DNA of 64,000 nucleotides from an uncultured Thermoleophilia bacterium (GTDB taxonomy: Bacteria; Actinomycetota; Thermoleophilia; RBG-16-64-13). The stretch spans positions 5,588 to 69,587 of the forward strand of contig CAVYVU010000001.1 in NCBI GenBank assembly GCA_963772095.1. Direction: 5' to 3'. Below, piece after piece: positions 1 to 10,730 of the stretch. The first letter of the stretch is position 1. Every line of letters starts with the position of its first letter. Both the position numbers and the translations under genes were made by a program. The notes beneath the pieces are model-generated. The model was not told the DNA's origin, did no database searches, and saw only the letters and a list, made by a program, of their open reading frames with translations.

Positions 1-1
1 T

Positions 2-736
2 GCGCGGGTATTGGCGGTGACGAACATAGTGGGCTCGCAGGCTACCAGGGAGTCGGATGGTGTCCTCTTCACGCGCGCCGGCCTCGAGATAGGCGTAGCC
101 GCCACCAAGACCTTCCTCACCCAAGAGATGGCCATGCTGCTCCTTGCCTTGCACTTCGGAGAGGTCCGGGGCCGGCTGAGTGACGATCAAGTACGGACTT
201 ACACCGAGGAGCTGCGACGCGTTCCCGGACTTCTCGACCACTACTTTGCGAACGGTGGGGCTGCAGGAGTGGAGGACGTTGCGCGTAAGTACGCCGGCAG
301 CCGCTTCTTCCTTTGCCTCGGACGCAACATGGGACTGCCGGTCGCCCTAGAGGGCGCTCTCAAACTCAAAGAGATCTCCTACATTCCCACGGATGCGTAC
401 GCTGCAGGCGAGATGAAGCACGGCCCCATCGCGCTGCTGGAGGAGGGCTCTCCCGTGTTGGTGGTGGCCACGGACAGCTTCGTCTACGACAAGCTCATGT
501 CGAACGTTCAAGAAGTCAAAGCTCGCGGCGCCCGCATCATCGCGGTGGCGTCCGAGGGCAACGCAGGTATCGCTGATGCGGCCGACGACGTGCTGTGGGT
601 CCCGAAGACCGACGAGATGCTCTCTCCGCTTATATCCATCGTGCCCTTGCAGCTCTTTGCCTACTATGTAGCCAAGGCTAACGGTGAGAAGGTGGACCAG
701 CCTCGGAACCTGGCAAAGACCGTCACCGTGGAGTAA
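2..736 (+). CDS. glmS: Glutamine--fructose-6-phosphate aminotransferase, C-terminal SIS domains (5' partial, runs off window start)
   Basis: Frame open to window start (listed ORF 11..736). It has SIS-type segments and the GlmS-type C-terminus ...GEKVDQPRNLAKTVTVE. Confidence 0.9.
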   Translation, partial: ARVLAVTNIVGSQATRESDGVLFTRAGLEIGVAATKTFLTQEMAMLLLALHFGEVRGRLSDDQVRTYTEELRRVPGLLDHYFANGGAAGVEDVARKYAGSRFFLCLGRNMGLPVALEGALKLKEISYIPTDAYAAGEMKHGPIALLEEGSPVLVVATDSFVYDKLMSNVQEVKARGARIIAVASEGNAGIADAADDVLWVPKTDEMLSPLISIVPLQLFAYYVAKANGEKVDQPRNLAKTVTVE

Positions 737-742
737 GGGCGC

Positions 743-1162
743 ATGAGCGCCGGAGCCGGTAGTCTGCAGGGTCCCCGGAGTCTTCGGAGCGGCTTCACCG
801 GCCTTGACCTGGTGGAGACCGACCGGTTCAGACGTGCTTTCCAGCGCCATCCCGGGCTCGAAAGCCGCGTTTTCACCATGGCGGAGATCGCATACTGCCG
901 GCAACGAGGTGATCCCATCCTCAGTTTCGCGGCCCGCTTCGCTGCAAAAGAGGCGGTAGGTAAGCTCTTGGGGCGGGGCGTCGTCTCCTGGCGGGAGATA
1001 GAGGTGGTAGGGGGTTCGCCACCCAGGGTGAATCTTCACGGGAAGACGGCTTCGGCCGCGACGGCTCTGGGAATAGAGGGGTTGCAGGTATCGCTCGCGC
1101 ACGTGGACTCGCTTGCGGGGGCTTGCGTGGTGGCTGTGGCACGTCCGGCAAAGGGGGGCACT
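743..1162 (+). CDS. acpS: Holo-[acyl-carrier-protein] synthase (4'-phosphopantetheinyl transferase)
   Basis: First ~140 aa of ORF 743..1621: GLDLVETDRF...FAARFAAKEAVGK...VSLAHV, the ACPS family pattern. There is no in-frame stop before the nnr ATG at 1163, so the end is nominal. Confidence 0.8.
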
Positions 1163-2807
1163 ATGCAGTTCGTTGACGAATCGGGTGACTGTGACTGTGG
1201 CTGCGATCCGGACGGAGAAAGCGACGCCGGGGCCACCTTCCTGACCTCGTTCCATCCGCTCGAGGAGCGGCCCAAGGTATTCACGCCGGCGCAGGTCCGG
1301 GAGCTCGACCGAACGGCGATCGAGGACATGGGGATACCCGGCCCGGTGCTGATGGAACGCGCGGCGCTCGGCGTGAGCTCGCTGGTGCTTCAGCGTTATC
1401 GGGGACTTCACACGCTCATAGTCTGTGGGCGAGGCAACAACGGTGGCGATGGTCTGGCGGCGGCTCGCCAGCTCCACTTGGCCGGTCAGCCGGTCGCCTG
1501 CATCGTGGCGGCGGGAGGACGTGGACGAGCTCAGCGCCGATGCCGCCCTGAACTTCAAAGCCGCCGAGAAGATGGGCGTCAATCTGCGACTGGGTGCGGT
1601 GCCCGATTATCTGTGGGATGAGACCGAACTGGTGGTGGACTGTCTCTTGGGGACCGGCGCACGAGGGGAGCTGGAGGGACAGATCGGCGAGTGGGCTCGG
1701 CAGGTAAATCAGGTGGCCGGCCGCGGGATCCCGGTGATAGCGGTGGACATCCCTTCGGGGGTCGATGGGACGACGGGGAGCATCGCGGCGGATACGGTCG
1801 CGGCCGATGTCACCATCACCTTTCACGCGGCGAAAAGTGGACTGGTGTGTCCGCCTGGGATCGAGGCCGCTGGAGAGATTGTCGTCTGGGAGATCGGCCT
1901 TCCGGCTTTTCTCGAGCCGGAGCCGGATCTGCTCGTAGTGTCCCCGGAAGATGTCAGGATCCCCGGACGGCGCGCGGATGACCACAAGTATCGCGCGGGG
2001 TTCGTGGCCGTGGTGGCGGGCTCGCGAGCCTACCCAGGCGCTGCTTGGCTGACCTCCCGGGCGGCCGCCCGGGCCGGCGCAGGGTACGTGCGACTGGTCA
2101 TGGCTTCGAAGGCCGCAGAGGGCGTGCGCGACCGATTGGTGGAGGTGGTCCTCCAGGAAGCCGGCTCGGGCGACTGCCTGGACGACACGGTCGCCGCGCT
2201 CGCCGCGGTGGCGGACGAGCGGATCGGCGCCCTGGTCATCGGGCCTGGGCTGGGCCGCGACCCCGCTACTTTCGCCACGGTTCGCAGACTGGTGCTGGAG
2301 ACCAAGGTGCCTGCCGTGTTGGACGCGGATGGGCTCATGGCCTTCGCCGGGAGCGCAGATCAACTAGGACAGCGCTCGGGCTTGGTCCTCACTCCGCACG
2401 TGGGTGAGTTGGCATCCCTTCTGGGAGAGCCGGTGGCCGGATTAGCCGCCTCTTCACTTCAGGCGGCCCGTCGCGGAGCCGAGGCCACCGGGCAGGTCGT
2501 GCTTCTCAAGGGCTCGGCGACGGTCATTGCCCACCCCTCCGGGGAGACGCGGGTCGTCGTGCAGGCGCCTGCCCAACTGGCGTCGGCCGGAACGGGAGAT
2601 GTGCTCAGCGGGGTCATCGGCGCGTTTCTGTCGAAGGGCATGGGGCCGCTCGAAGCCGCCTGTGCCGGAGCCTGGGTGCATGCCGAGGCCGGTCTTATCG
2701 GGGCCGAAACGGACCCGCAAGGGGTGCTGGCCGGAGATCTGGCGGACCTGATCCCTGCCGTCATCGCAGACCGTATTTACGAGAGGAGACCCTCGTGGAG
2801 GAGCTGA
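1163..2807 (+). pseudogene. nnr: Bifunctional NAD(P)H-hydrate repair enzyme Nnr (YjeF_N epimerase + ADP-dependent dehydratase), one frame break as assembled
   Basis: The YjeF_N motif CGRGNNGGDG lies in the frame of ORF 743..1621. The protein continues in ORF 1425..2807 with the carbohydrate-kinase-like domain (GPGLG, AGTGDVLSG). The frames join at ~1505 with a +1 break. Confidence 0.8.
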
Positions 2808-3259
2808 AAGTCCGGGACATCATGCAGACCGAGGTCATCACCGTGGGACCGAAGGCCACGGTCCGCGAACTGGCTGAGTTGCTTGCCAAGCATAAGATCA
2901 GCGGGGTGCCGGTGGTCGACGAGAACAACGTAGTTCTGGGCATGGTCAGCGAGGCCGATCTCATCGTCCTCGACGCCGAGCTGCATTTTCCCTATTACAT
3001 CCAGTTCCTGGACAGCATCATCTACCTCCAAAGCATCCACCGGTTCGAAGAGCGGTTCAAGAAGGCTTTCGGCGCGAAGGTGGCCGACGTCATGACCAAG
3101 GAGGTGAGGGCCGTCTCTCCCGACGCTTCGCTCCACGACCTGGCGACGCTCATGGCCGACCACAAGATCAACCGGTTGCCGGTGGTGGAGAACGGCTGTC
3201 TCGTGGGCATCGTCACCCGGGGCGACATTGTGCGCGCCATAGCCGAAAGCAAGGCCTGA
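2795..3259 (+). CDS. CBS-domain pair protein
   Basis: 154-aa ORF with two CBS repeats (VRDIMQTEVITV...ISGVPVVDE and VADVMTKEVRAV...INRLPVVENG..VGIVTRGDI). Its start overlaps the nnr end by 13 nt. Confidence 0.85.
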   Translation: MEELKVRDIMQTEVITVGPKATVRELAELLAKHKISGVPVVDENNVVLGMVSEADLIVLDAELHFPYYIQFLDSIIYLQSIHRFEERFKKAFGAKVADVMTKEVRAVSPDASLHDLATLMADHKINRLPVVENGCLVGIVTRGDIVRAIAESKA

Positions 3260-3324
3260 GAGCGCCGCCGGATATGGGGGTCATGCGCAACCATTGACGG
3301 GCCGCGGCGCATGCCGGGCAAAGG

Positions 3325-3330
3325 TATAAT
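3325..3330 (+). promoter_or_regulatory. Possible -10 box (TATAAT) upstream of the 3372 ORF
   Basis: Exact TATAAT lies ~40 nt upstream of the ATG at 3372. The only TTGACG (3294..3299) is 25 nt away, which is non-canonical spacing, so confidence is low. Confidence 0.3.
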
Positions 3331-3371
3331 CTTCCTTCAAGGACTTCTTCTGCAGGTATTATCGGAGGGAC

Positions 3372-3737
3372 ATGTCTAAGAAGGAAACAAGAAGGGCCGC
3401 CCGGCAGGGACAGCCGAAGCCGGTTGTCAGGAATAGAACTGCGATCAGGGGCACGGGGCAGAGAAAGCCACAGCCTCGAGCCGGCAATCGGACGGCCCGC
3501 GCGGCAGCATACCGTCGACCTCTCCGGCCGCCGTCGTTCAAGCGAGCTGCGATCCAGGGCGCGATCTTCGCGGTGCTCTATCTGATCGTTCTTCGATTCT
3601 GGGAGAAGAACACGACCGTTGCCATGTACGTCATGTTTCCGGTGATGTTCTTCATCATCATCACCGGCGCCACGTATTCCATAGACCGCTTCACTTATCA
3701 GAAACGACTTCGCAAACAGCAAGACTCGTCCAAATAG
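3372..3737 (+). CDS. Hypothetical small membrane protein (Arg/Lys-rich N-terminus, two predicted TM helices)
   Basis: 121-aa ORF. It has a basic N-terminal ~55 aa followed by hydrophobic stretches AIQGAIFAVLYLIVL and VAMYVMFPVMFFIIITGA. I recognised no family. Confidence 0.55.
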   Translation: MSKKETRRAARQGQPKPVVRNRTAIRGTGQRKPQPRAGNRTARAAAYRRPLRPPSFKRAAIQGAIFAVLYLIVLRFWEKNTTVAMYVMFPVMFFIIITGATYSIDRFTYQKRLRKQQDSSK

Positions 3738-3759
3738 CAGGACCGGGAGGCCCAGCCTG

Positions 3760-5196
3760 ATGCTGCGGGTCGTATCCGAGACACTGCGGCGCCGCGGGAC
3801 GCAAGGATGGCTTGTGGGCGGGACGGTCCGGGATGGCCGGCTGAGCCGTTTCTCGCCTGATCTCGATGTTGTCGTCGCCGACGATCCCAAGCAGGTAGCC
3901 ACGGAGGTGGCGGCGAGTCTGCGGCGGCCGTGGTTCGCCCTCTCGAAGCACTTCAACGCCTACCGTGTGCTCGGGGACGAAGGCTACGTCGACATCGCGG
4001 CGCTGCGGGGCGGCAGCCTCATCGCCGATCTGGGACTTCGCGACTTTACGGTGAACGCCATGGCGGTGCCGGTGGACGGGGGACCGCCGGTGGACCCCTT
4101 CGGGGGGATGTGCCATCTGGAGGAGCGTGCTTTGGTGGCCGTCTCGGACCGGGTCTTCTCTGACGATCCACTCAGGCTCATGCGGGCCGTGCGCTTCTGC
4201 CACGTGCTCGGATTCCGGTTGGATCCCGGTTTGGACAGGCTCCTCCGCCAACAGGCTGGTTCGCTCGCCCGCACCGCGCGGGAGCGGGTGCTGACCGAGA
4301 TGTCCCTCACCCTCGAAGCGGGGCGGTCGGCCGGCGCCGTTGGACTCTGGAACGATCTCGGCCTACTCGAGGTGATGTTGCCCGAATTGACGAGTGGCAC
4401 CGCTTCGGCGAGTGGCACCGTCTCGGTAAGCGGCATGTCTTCGGCGACGATCGAGTCCGCGGCGCTCGGGGGGATGGCAAGCCGGTCCGCTACCGCCACG
4501 TCGATGGCAAACGGGTGCGCGGGGCACGGGCCGGCTAGCACGGTCATCGAAACGGCGATGCGGGTGCTGGGGGAGTTGGACGCGATCCTGGCCGACGTGG
4601 CAGCTTGGTTCCCCGCCCAGTCGGCCGTACTATCGGAAAGGCTTGTTCAGCCCATGGACGGGACTCTTTCGCGGCTGGTGGCCCTGAGGCTGACGGGGCT
4701 CCTGCGGCTGCTTCCTTCGCGGCGAAGCGAGGCGATCGGCCGCCGGCTGCGTTTGCCCAACTCGGTCGCGGGCCTCGTGCGAAGAGCGGCCGAACAACAG
4801 GAGCGCGGTTGGGGACCCGAGGCCGGACGTCAGTCCGAACGAGGCGTGATATCCATTCTTTGGCAGTCGGCCCCCTGGGAGCCCGAGCTCATTCTAGTCG
4901 CACTCGCGGCCGGCTTGGGAGAGGACAAGAATTCACTCGAGAATTCGCGCGCGCATGCACAGCGATTGATGGAGCGGTGGGCTGCTCGGCTATCAGGTGT
5001 GCCGCGTCCGCCCGTCAACGGCGACGATCTCGCCCGGGAACTCGGCATTGCTCCGGGCCCACTGCTGGGGCGGGTGGCCCGGGAGGTTCAGCTGGCGTGG
5101 GAGGCGGGTGAATTGAGGGATGCAAAGGAAGCCCTCCACCTGGCCCGGGAGTTCCTGTCCGAAGCTCGCTCGGGGGCTACCTCCACAGGGCTATGA
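3760..5196 (+). CDS. cca: tRNA nucleotidyltransferase / poly(A) polymerase family protein (CCA-adding enzyme-like)
   Basis: 478-aa ORF with the PolyA_pol head motifs GWLVGGTVRD...DLDVVV...RDFTVNAMA...DDPLRLMRAVRF. Confidence 0.8.
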   Translation: MLRVVSETLRRRGTQGWLVGGTVRDGRLSRFSPDLDVVVADDPKQVATEVAASLRRPWFALSKHFNAYRVLGDEGYVDIAALRGGSLIADLGLRDFTVNAMAVPVDGGPPVDPFGGMCHLEERALVAVSDRVFSDDPLRLMRAVRFCHVLGFRLDPGLDRLLRQQAGSLARTARERVLTEMSLTLEAGRSAGAVGLWNDLGLLEVMLPELTSGTASASGTVSVSGMSSATIESAALGGMASRSATATSMANGCAGHGPASTVIETAMRVLGELDAILADVAAWFPAQSAVLSERLVQPMDGTLSRLVALRLTGLLRLLPSRRSEAIGRRLRLPNSVAGLVRRAAEQQERGWGPEAGRQSERGVISILWQSAPWEPELILVALAAGLGEDKNSLENSRAHAQRLMERWAARLSGVPRPPVNGDDLARELGIAPGPLLGRVAREVQLAWEAGELRDAKEALHLAREFLSEARSGATSTGL

Positions 5197-5259
5197 GGCG
5201 TGCTATCATATCTTTCCTTTCGGGACTAATACCTTTTGGGACGTGTCATTGGAGGCACC

Positions 5260-5472
5260 TTGAAGGACGGGATACATCCGAACTACGTTGAGAGCAAAGT
5301 GATCTGCTCGTGCGGCGAGACGTTCATGACTCGCTCCACGCTGCCGGAGATAAAGGTTGAAGTGTGCGCAGCCTGCCATCCGTTCTACACGGGTAAGCAG
5401 AAGCTGGTCGACGCCGGCGGCCGGGTGGAGAGGTTCAACAAGAAGTACCGTCGCGCCGAACAGGCCAAGTAG
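5260..5472 (+). CDS. rpmE: 50S ribosomal protein L31
   Basis: LKDGIHPNY...CSCG...[14 protein letters not shown] place the start at TTG 5260 with GGAGG at 5251..5255; the listed ORF begins at 5236. Confidence 0.9.
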   Translation: MKDGIHPNYVESKVICSCGETFMTRSTLPEIKVEVCAACHPFYTGKQKLVDAGGRVERFNKKYRRAEQAK

Positions 5473-5485
5473 CCTGGCGCCGGCG

Positions 5486-6200
5486 GTGCCAGCCGAGCTC
5501 AAGGTAACGCTGCTGCAGCATACGCCGGCGCCCGAACGGGTGGTGGCGTCGGCAGGGCGCTTGTGCTACGCCCCCGTCAGCGCGGCCAGCCTCAAGTCTT
5601 CTATGGACGACCAGGAGGTCCGCCGGTTGGTGGGCGGCCTGGCCAGGTCCGGTCATCTGAGTGCGTTCGAGCACGCGTCGTTCACATTCGCTGTGGACGG
5701 TATCTCGCGCGCGTGCTCCCATCAGCTTGTCCGGCATCGCGTCGCCTCCTACAGCCAGCAATCGCAGCGTTATGTGCGTTTTGGCACGGAAGAGGATTTC
5801 GTGGTCCCACCGAGCATCGATGGGTCGTCCGAAGCGCGGGCCGTGTTCTACCGATGCCATGGATGATGCGCGCAGAGCATACGAGCAGCTGGTGGAGCTT
5901 GGATTGGCTGAGGGCCGTGAGCGGTCCGCGGTGTTCGAGGACGCGCGGTTCGTGCTTCCGAACGCGGCCGAGACCAAGATCGTGGTCACCATGAATGCTC
6001 GGGAGTTGAGGCATTTCTTTTCACTCCGTTGCTGCCGCCGGGCGCAGTGGGAGATCAACAGGCTTGCCTGGGCGATGCGCTACCTGGCCGTCTCGGTGGC
6101 ACCACTTCTCTTCCAGGGCACCGGTCCGGGCTGCATGGCGGCGGGGTGCCCGGAGGGCAAGATGTCCTGCGGCGAGCCTTATGTCGAGGCCATAGTTGAC
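5486..6200 (+). pseudogene. thyX: Flavin-dependent thymidylate synthase ThyX, one frame break and undefined 3' end as assembled
   Basis: The ThyX signature RHRVASYSQQSQRY is in ORF 5357..5866 (GTG start at 5486). The C-terminal half (FVLPNAAETKIVVTMNARELRHFFSLR) is in ORF 5661..6989. The break is at ~5845 (+1). There is no in-frame stop before the DUF1385 start; the other two frames have stops at ~6195-6200. Confidence 0.75.
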
Positions 6201-6248
6201 GGCGATGGACTTCAGCCGGACCGTTGCCGGCCTGGACTCGGAGTAGCG

Positions 6249-7384
6249 GTGGCCTCTGAAGAATCGCGCCCGGCCGCCCGGGCGTCAGGACCGGTGTGCG
6301 AGCACGATCATGCATTCGGAGGCCAAGCGGTCATCGAAGGCGTGATGATGCGCGGGAAACGGTCGTGGGGCGTGGCCGTGCGCCGGCCTTCGGGAGGGAT
6401 CGAACGGGTCTCGTTTGCCCTTCCCGCGGCGAGTGAGCGCAGCCCTCTCGCGAAACTTCCAGTGGTGCGGGGCGTGGTGGCGCTCTATGAGTCGCTGAGC
6501 CTGGGTATCAAAGCTCTGGGGATTTCGGCCAACATCGGTCTGGAGGAAGCCGCAGCGGCGGAAGCTGCGGCGGCAGACGGCGTCGAGGCGGCGGACCGCG
6601 CCCAGGCGAAGGCTGTCGCGTACGCGCCGACGGAGGCAGGTCCGGGCGCGATGGCGGCGCAGTCCGCCCCGACAACGGAGGTTGTGACGACTGCCGGTGC
6701 GGGCGACGACGAGCCTCAGAAGCCGCCTTATCAGTTCGGCTGGAAGGAGCTCGCCGGAACCGTTGTCGTTCTCTGTCGGCCTGGCGGTCGCTCTCTTCGT
6801 GGTCGTGCCCTTGGTGGTGGTGAAGCACTTCGAGTCCACGTTCCACAACCCGTTCGTTTTCAATCTGGTGGAAGGGCTGATCAGGATCGCTATCTTCTTG
6901 ATCTACATCGTGGCGATCTCTTTCATTCCCGACCTCCGCCGGGTGTTCCAGTACCACGGGGCCGAACACAAGGTGATCCACGCTTATGAACACTGCGAGG
7001 AGTTGGATCCGGAGCACGCTGGCGAGGTTCAAGACCATGCACCCTCGTTGTGGGACGGGCTTCCTGCTTCTCGTGATGGTGGTTGCCGTGTTCGTCTTTG
7101 CGATAGTGGGCAAGCCGGCCCTCCCGTATCTGGTCCTTTCCCGAGTGATCGGGATCCCGGTGATCGTAGGGATAGCGTACGAGATCGGCATCAAGTGGGC
7201 GGGACGGCACGCGGACAGCTTGATCCCGCGTCTTCTCCTGTGGCCCGGCATCCAGCTGCAGCGGTTGACCACTCGTGAGCCGACCGACGCCCAACTCGAG
7301 GTGGCCGCAGCCGCTCTTCAGGAAGTGATGACGAAGGACGAGGCGCTCGAAGCCGGCCTTCAAGGAGCGCTCGTCGAGGTCTAG
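6249..7384 (+). pseudogene. DUF1385-family membrane protein (YqhQ-like), two frame breaks as assembled
   Basis: FGGQAVIEGVMMRG...LPVVRGVVALYESL, then YHGAEHKVIHAYE and HPRCGTGFLL. It is spread over ORFs 5661..6989, 6697..7278 and 6986..7384, with breaks at ~6760 and ~7030 (both +1). The GTG at 6249 is preceded by GGAG. Confidence 0.7.
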
Positions 7385-7413
7385 GCCCGTGAGCGGCGCG
7401 AGAGGGAATCTCC

Positions 7414-8492
7414 GTGATCGAAAGATTAGTCAAAGAAATAGAAGAGAAGTTCGCCGCTCTCACGGCGGAGCTTTCTGATCCGGCCGTGTTCTCCGACCCG
7501 GCGCGCGTGGCCGAGGTCTCCAAGGCGCGCTCTGATCTGGAGGAAGCACACCGGCTCGCTTCTGCCTGGGTGGAAGCGCGGCAGAACGTGGACGAGGCGG
7601 AGACGATGCTCGAAGAGGGCGGTCTTGATCCTGATATGAAGGAGTTCCTGGCCGAGGAGAAGACTTCGGCGCGGGAGACACTCGACCGACTGGAGCAAGA
7701 GCTCCGCTTCGCGGTCTTGGAGAAGGACCCTCGCGACGACAAGAACGCCATCGTCGAGATACGGGCCGGAGCCGGCGGCGACGAAGCCGCGCTCTTTGCT
7801 GCCGAGCTGCAGCGGATGATCATGCGCTACGCGGAGCACCTGCGCTACAAGACCGAGATCCTCTCCACGACCGAAGCCTCCCTCAGCGGGATCAAGGAAG
7901 TGATCTTCGAGGTCGAAGGGCAAGGGGGCTTTCGGCATGCTCAAGTACGAGTCGGGCGTCCATCGCGTCCAGCGCGTGCCCGTGACCGAGTCCACCGGCC
8001 GGATCCACACCTCTACGGCGACGGTGGCCGTGCTTCCGGAGGTGGAGGACGTGGAAGTGCACATCGAGCCCAACGAGGTGCGCGTGGACGTCTACCGGTC
8101 CACAGGGCCGGGCGGACAGTCGGTCAATACCACCGACTCGGCGGTCCGACTCACCCACATCCCCACCGGGCTGGTGGTCTCCTGCCAGGACGAGAAGTCC
8201 CAGCTGCAGAACAAGGAGCGGGCCTTCCGCATCCTGAGGGCACGACTCTACGACATGGCCCAATCCGCCCAGGACGCCGCAGCTGGCCAAGGAGCGGCGC
8301 AGTCAGGTGGGCACCGGCGACCGGTCCCAGAAGGTCCGCACCTACAACTTCCCGCAGGGACGAGTCACCGACCATCGTATCGGGCTGACTTCGCACAGGC
8401 TGGAAGCGATCCTACAGGGGGATCTCGACGAGTTCAGAGAGGCCCTCCAGGCCAACGAGCGCGCCGAGCAGCTCGCAACAGCACAGATCTGA
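7414..8492 (+). pseudogene. prfA: Peptide chain release factor 1, two frame breaks as assembled
   Basis: The N-terminus is in ORF 7414... The middle, [14 protein letters not shown]...[24 protein letters not shown] (GGQ motif), is in ORF 7937... The C-terminus, [24 protein letters not shown], is in ORF 8307..8492. Breaks are at the G5 run ~7924-7928 and at ~8275. Confidence 0.85.
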
Positions 8493-8516
8493 CCGCGTTC
8501 CCCAGGAGGCTCGTCC

Positions 8517-9425
8517 GTGACTGAGTGGACCATCGCCGAGATCGTCGAGACGGCGGCCGGGTATCTGCGCGACAAGGGTTCCAGTTCTCCCCGGCTAGAC
8601 GCGGAACTGCTGCTTGCCGAAGCCCTGGGGATGGACAGGATCCATCTCTACGCCTTGCACGATCGTCCCCTGGCCATCTGCGAGGTGGACCACTACCGGG
8701 AGCTGATCGGCCGGAGGGGCCGGCACGAGCCGGTCGCCTACATCATCGGCCACGGCTATTTCCGCCATCTGCCAGCTCGAGCTGACCCCGGCCGTCCTGA
8801 TCCCGCGGCCCGAGACGGAGGAGTTGGTGGACGCTGTCATCGACTGGCTCAAAGTGCGGCCGCTGTGGGGGGCCGTCCCAAGGGCCGCCGCTGATCGCCG
8901 ACGTCGGCACCGGGAGCGGCGCTATCGCCCTCAGCCTCGCCCAGGAGACCAGGCACCGCGTTCTGGCGACCGACGTGAGCGAAGAGGCCCTGTCTCGTGG
9001 CGGCACGGAATCGGGCCGCCCTGGGACTGGACGAGCTGCGTGGAATTGTCCAAGGCCGACCTTCTCGCGGGCGTGGAGCCGGGGACCCTGCGGGTGGTCG
9101 TCAGCAACCCGCCCTACATCAGCCAAGCCGAACTGGCGCAGCTGGCGCCGGACGTGCGCGACTACGAGCCTCTCGCTGCTCTCGACGCGGGCGTCGACGG
9201 CCTGGAGATCTACCGCCGACTCCTTCCGCAGGCCGCCGCGTGCCCTCGGGCCGGGAGGCGCGGTCTTTCTGGAGGTCGGCCACCAGCAGGCCGAGGCGGT
9301 CATGCGACTCTGGCCGGCGAGGCCGGCTTCCTCCTGGTCGAGACGAGAAAAGATCTTTCAGGGAAGCCGCGCATCGTCTCAGGAGTGCCGACCCGGCGCG
9401 GTCACCATCGCGCTTGCCGAGGTGA
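8517..9425 (+). pseudogene. prmC: Release factor glutamine N5-methyltransferase PrmC/HemK, at least 5 frame breaks as assembled
   Basis: Fragments in all three frames: EPVAYIIGHGYF, LIPRPETEELVD, IADVGTGSGAIALSLA, VVSNPPYI (NPPY motif), GGAVFLEVGHQQ, DLSGKPRIV. The 3' end is uncertain. Confidence 0.7.
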
Positions 9426-10080
9426 GCCTGGAGCAGACCTCAGCTCTCGCGGCCGCGCTGGCATCCGGGGCGATCGTCGGGATCCCCACCGACACGGTGT
9501 ATGGGCTGGCGGCCGGCTGGGACTCGACGGCGGGAGTTCGGAATCTGCTTCGTCGCCAAGGGACGAGGCGACGAGAAGCCGGTGGCCGTGCTCTTCGCTT
9601 CGGTGAGTGCCGTCGTGCGAAGCTCTGCCGGATCTCGAGTCCCGAGACCGTCCGGGTACTGGAAGCGCTTGCTGCCCGGACCGTACACGTTCGTCGTCTC
9701 GACGTCGGTGGAGCGCGCCCCGCTGGTCGGCGACGCCGACTCGCTGGGCATACGGGTGCCCGACTGTCCCGCAGCTCCTCGCGTTTCTCGAACGGCTGAA
9801 GGTGCCTCTCGCCGCGACCAGCGCCAACCTGACCGGCGGGCTTGATCCGCCGTCCGTCTCGCGAGGTGGACCCTGCACGTCCTGGCTCACTGCGCGGTCG
9901 CACTGGTTGCTTCGGCCGAGGGTATCTCGTCCGAGCTCTGCGGTCCCGGAAGACGCCCGCGCCTCCGCGTCCACGGTGGTCGATCTGCGGCCGCTCGACC
10001 GGGGAGGTGGACCGATAGTGCTGCGAGAAGGCGCCGTCCGCAAGGACGAGGTGCTGGACCGCATCGCCTCGATCCGCTGA
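9422..10080 (+). pseudogene. tsaC: L-threonylcarbamoyladenylate synthase (Sua5/YwlC/TsaC family), several frame breaks as assembled
   Basis: Fragments are split over three frames: GAIVGIPTDTVYGLAA, KGRGDEKPVAVLF, LLPGPYTFVV, LGIRVPD, VPLAATSANLTGG, STVVDL. The start is approximate. Confidence 0.65.
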
Positions 10081-10212
10081 GCCCTTAGACCAACCTGCGA
10101 GCCGAGCCGCCTGCTCCAGGGTGGGGTGCGATTCGGCTCGCGCGGGAGTCCGCGGCCGGGCCGGCAATGGCCATCTGGTATGCTTGTGCCTACTTTCCCG
10201 AGGAGAGAAGCG

Positions 10213-10678
10213 ATGCGCTACGGATTCGGCTGTGACCACGCGGGGATCGTCTTAAAAGAGCCGCTGGTAGGCCGAATTGAAGGCGGCCGGCCACGAAGTG
10301 GTCGACATGGGGACATTCAGCACCGATCGGACCGACTTCCCCGTCTACGCCAACAAAGTCGCTCAGGCAGTCAGCGACGGGACCCTGGATTTCGGCCTGC
10401 TTGTCTGCGGCACCGGCCTGGGCATGGCCGTGGCGGCGAGCAGGTTTCCCGACGTTCGCGCCGTCGCCGTCAGCGACTGTTTCTCTGCTCGCATGGCGCG
10501 ACGGCACACCGATGCGAACATCCTCTGCCTCGGGGCGCGGGTGCTGGGGGAAGGTGCAGCCGTGGAGATCCTGAGGGCCTGGCTGTCCGCGGACTTCGCG
10601 GGCGGCCGGTACGAGCAGCGGCTGCAGATGATGCGGGGCGGCTACAAAGGTGTGTCGTTGGAGGGGGCGGAGACTTAG
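10213..10678 (+). pseudogene. rpiB: Ribose-5-phosphate isomerase B, one frame break as assembled
   Basis: MRYGFGCDHAG (frame of ORF 10126...) joins ...KAAGHEVVDMG...LVCGTGLGMAVAA...NILCLGARV (ORF 10277..10678). The break is at ~10268 (+1). GAGGAG lies upstream of the ATG. Confidence 0.85.
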
Positions 10679-10730
10679 TTTCCCGTGTCGCGAGCGAGAC
10701 CAAAGCACTCAAGTTGGGCAAGGAGTCCGT

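Noticed and set aside
3294-3330. TTGACG ... TATAAT as a complete sigma-70 promoter upstream of the 3372 ORF.
   Set aside because: The hexamers are 25 nt apart, far from the 16-18 nt optimum. Only the -10 box is retained, as a low-confidence feature.
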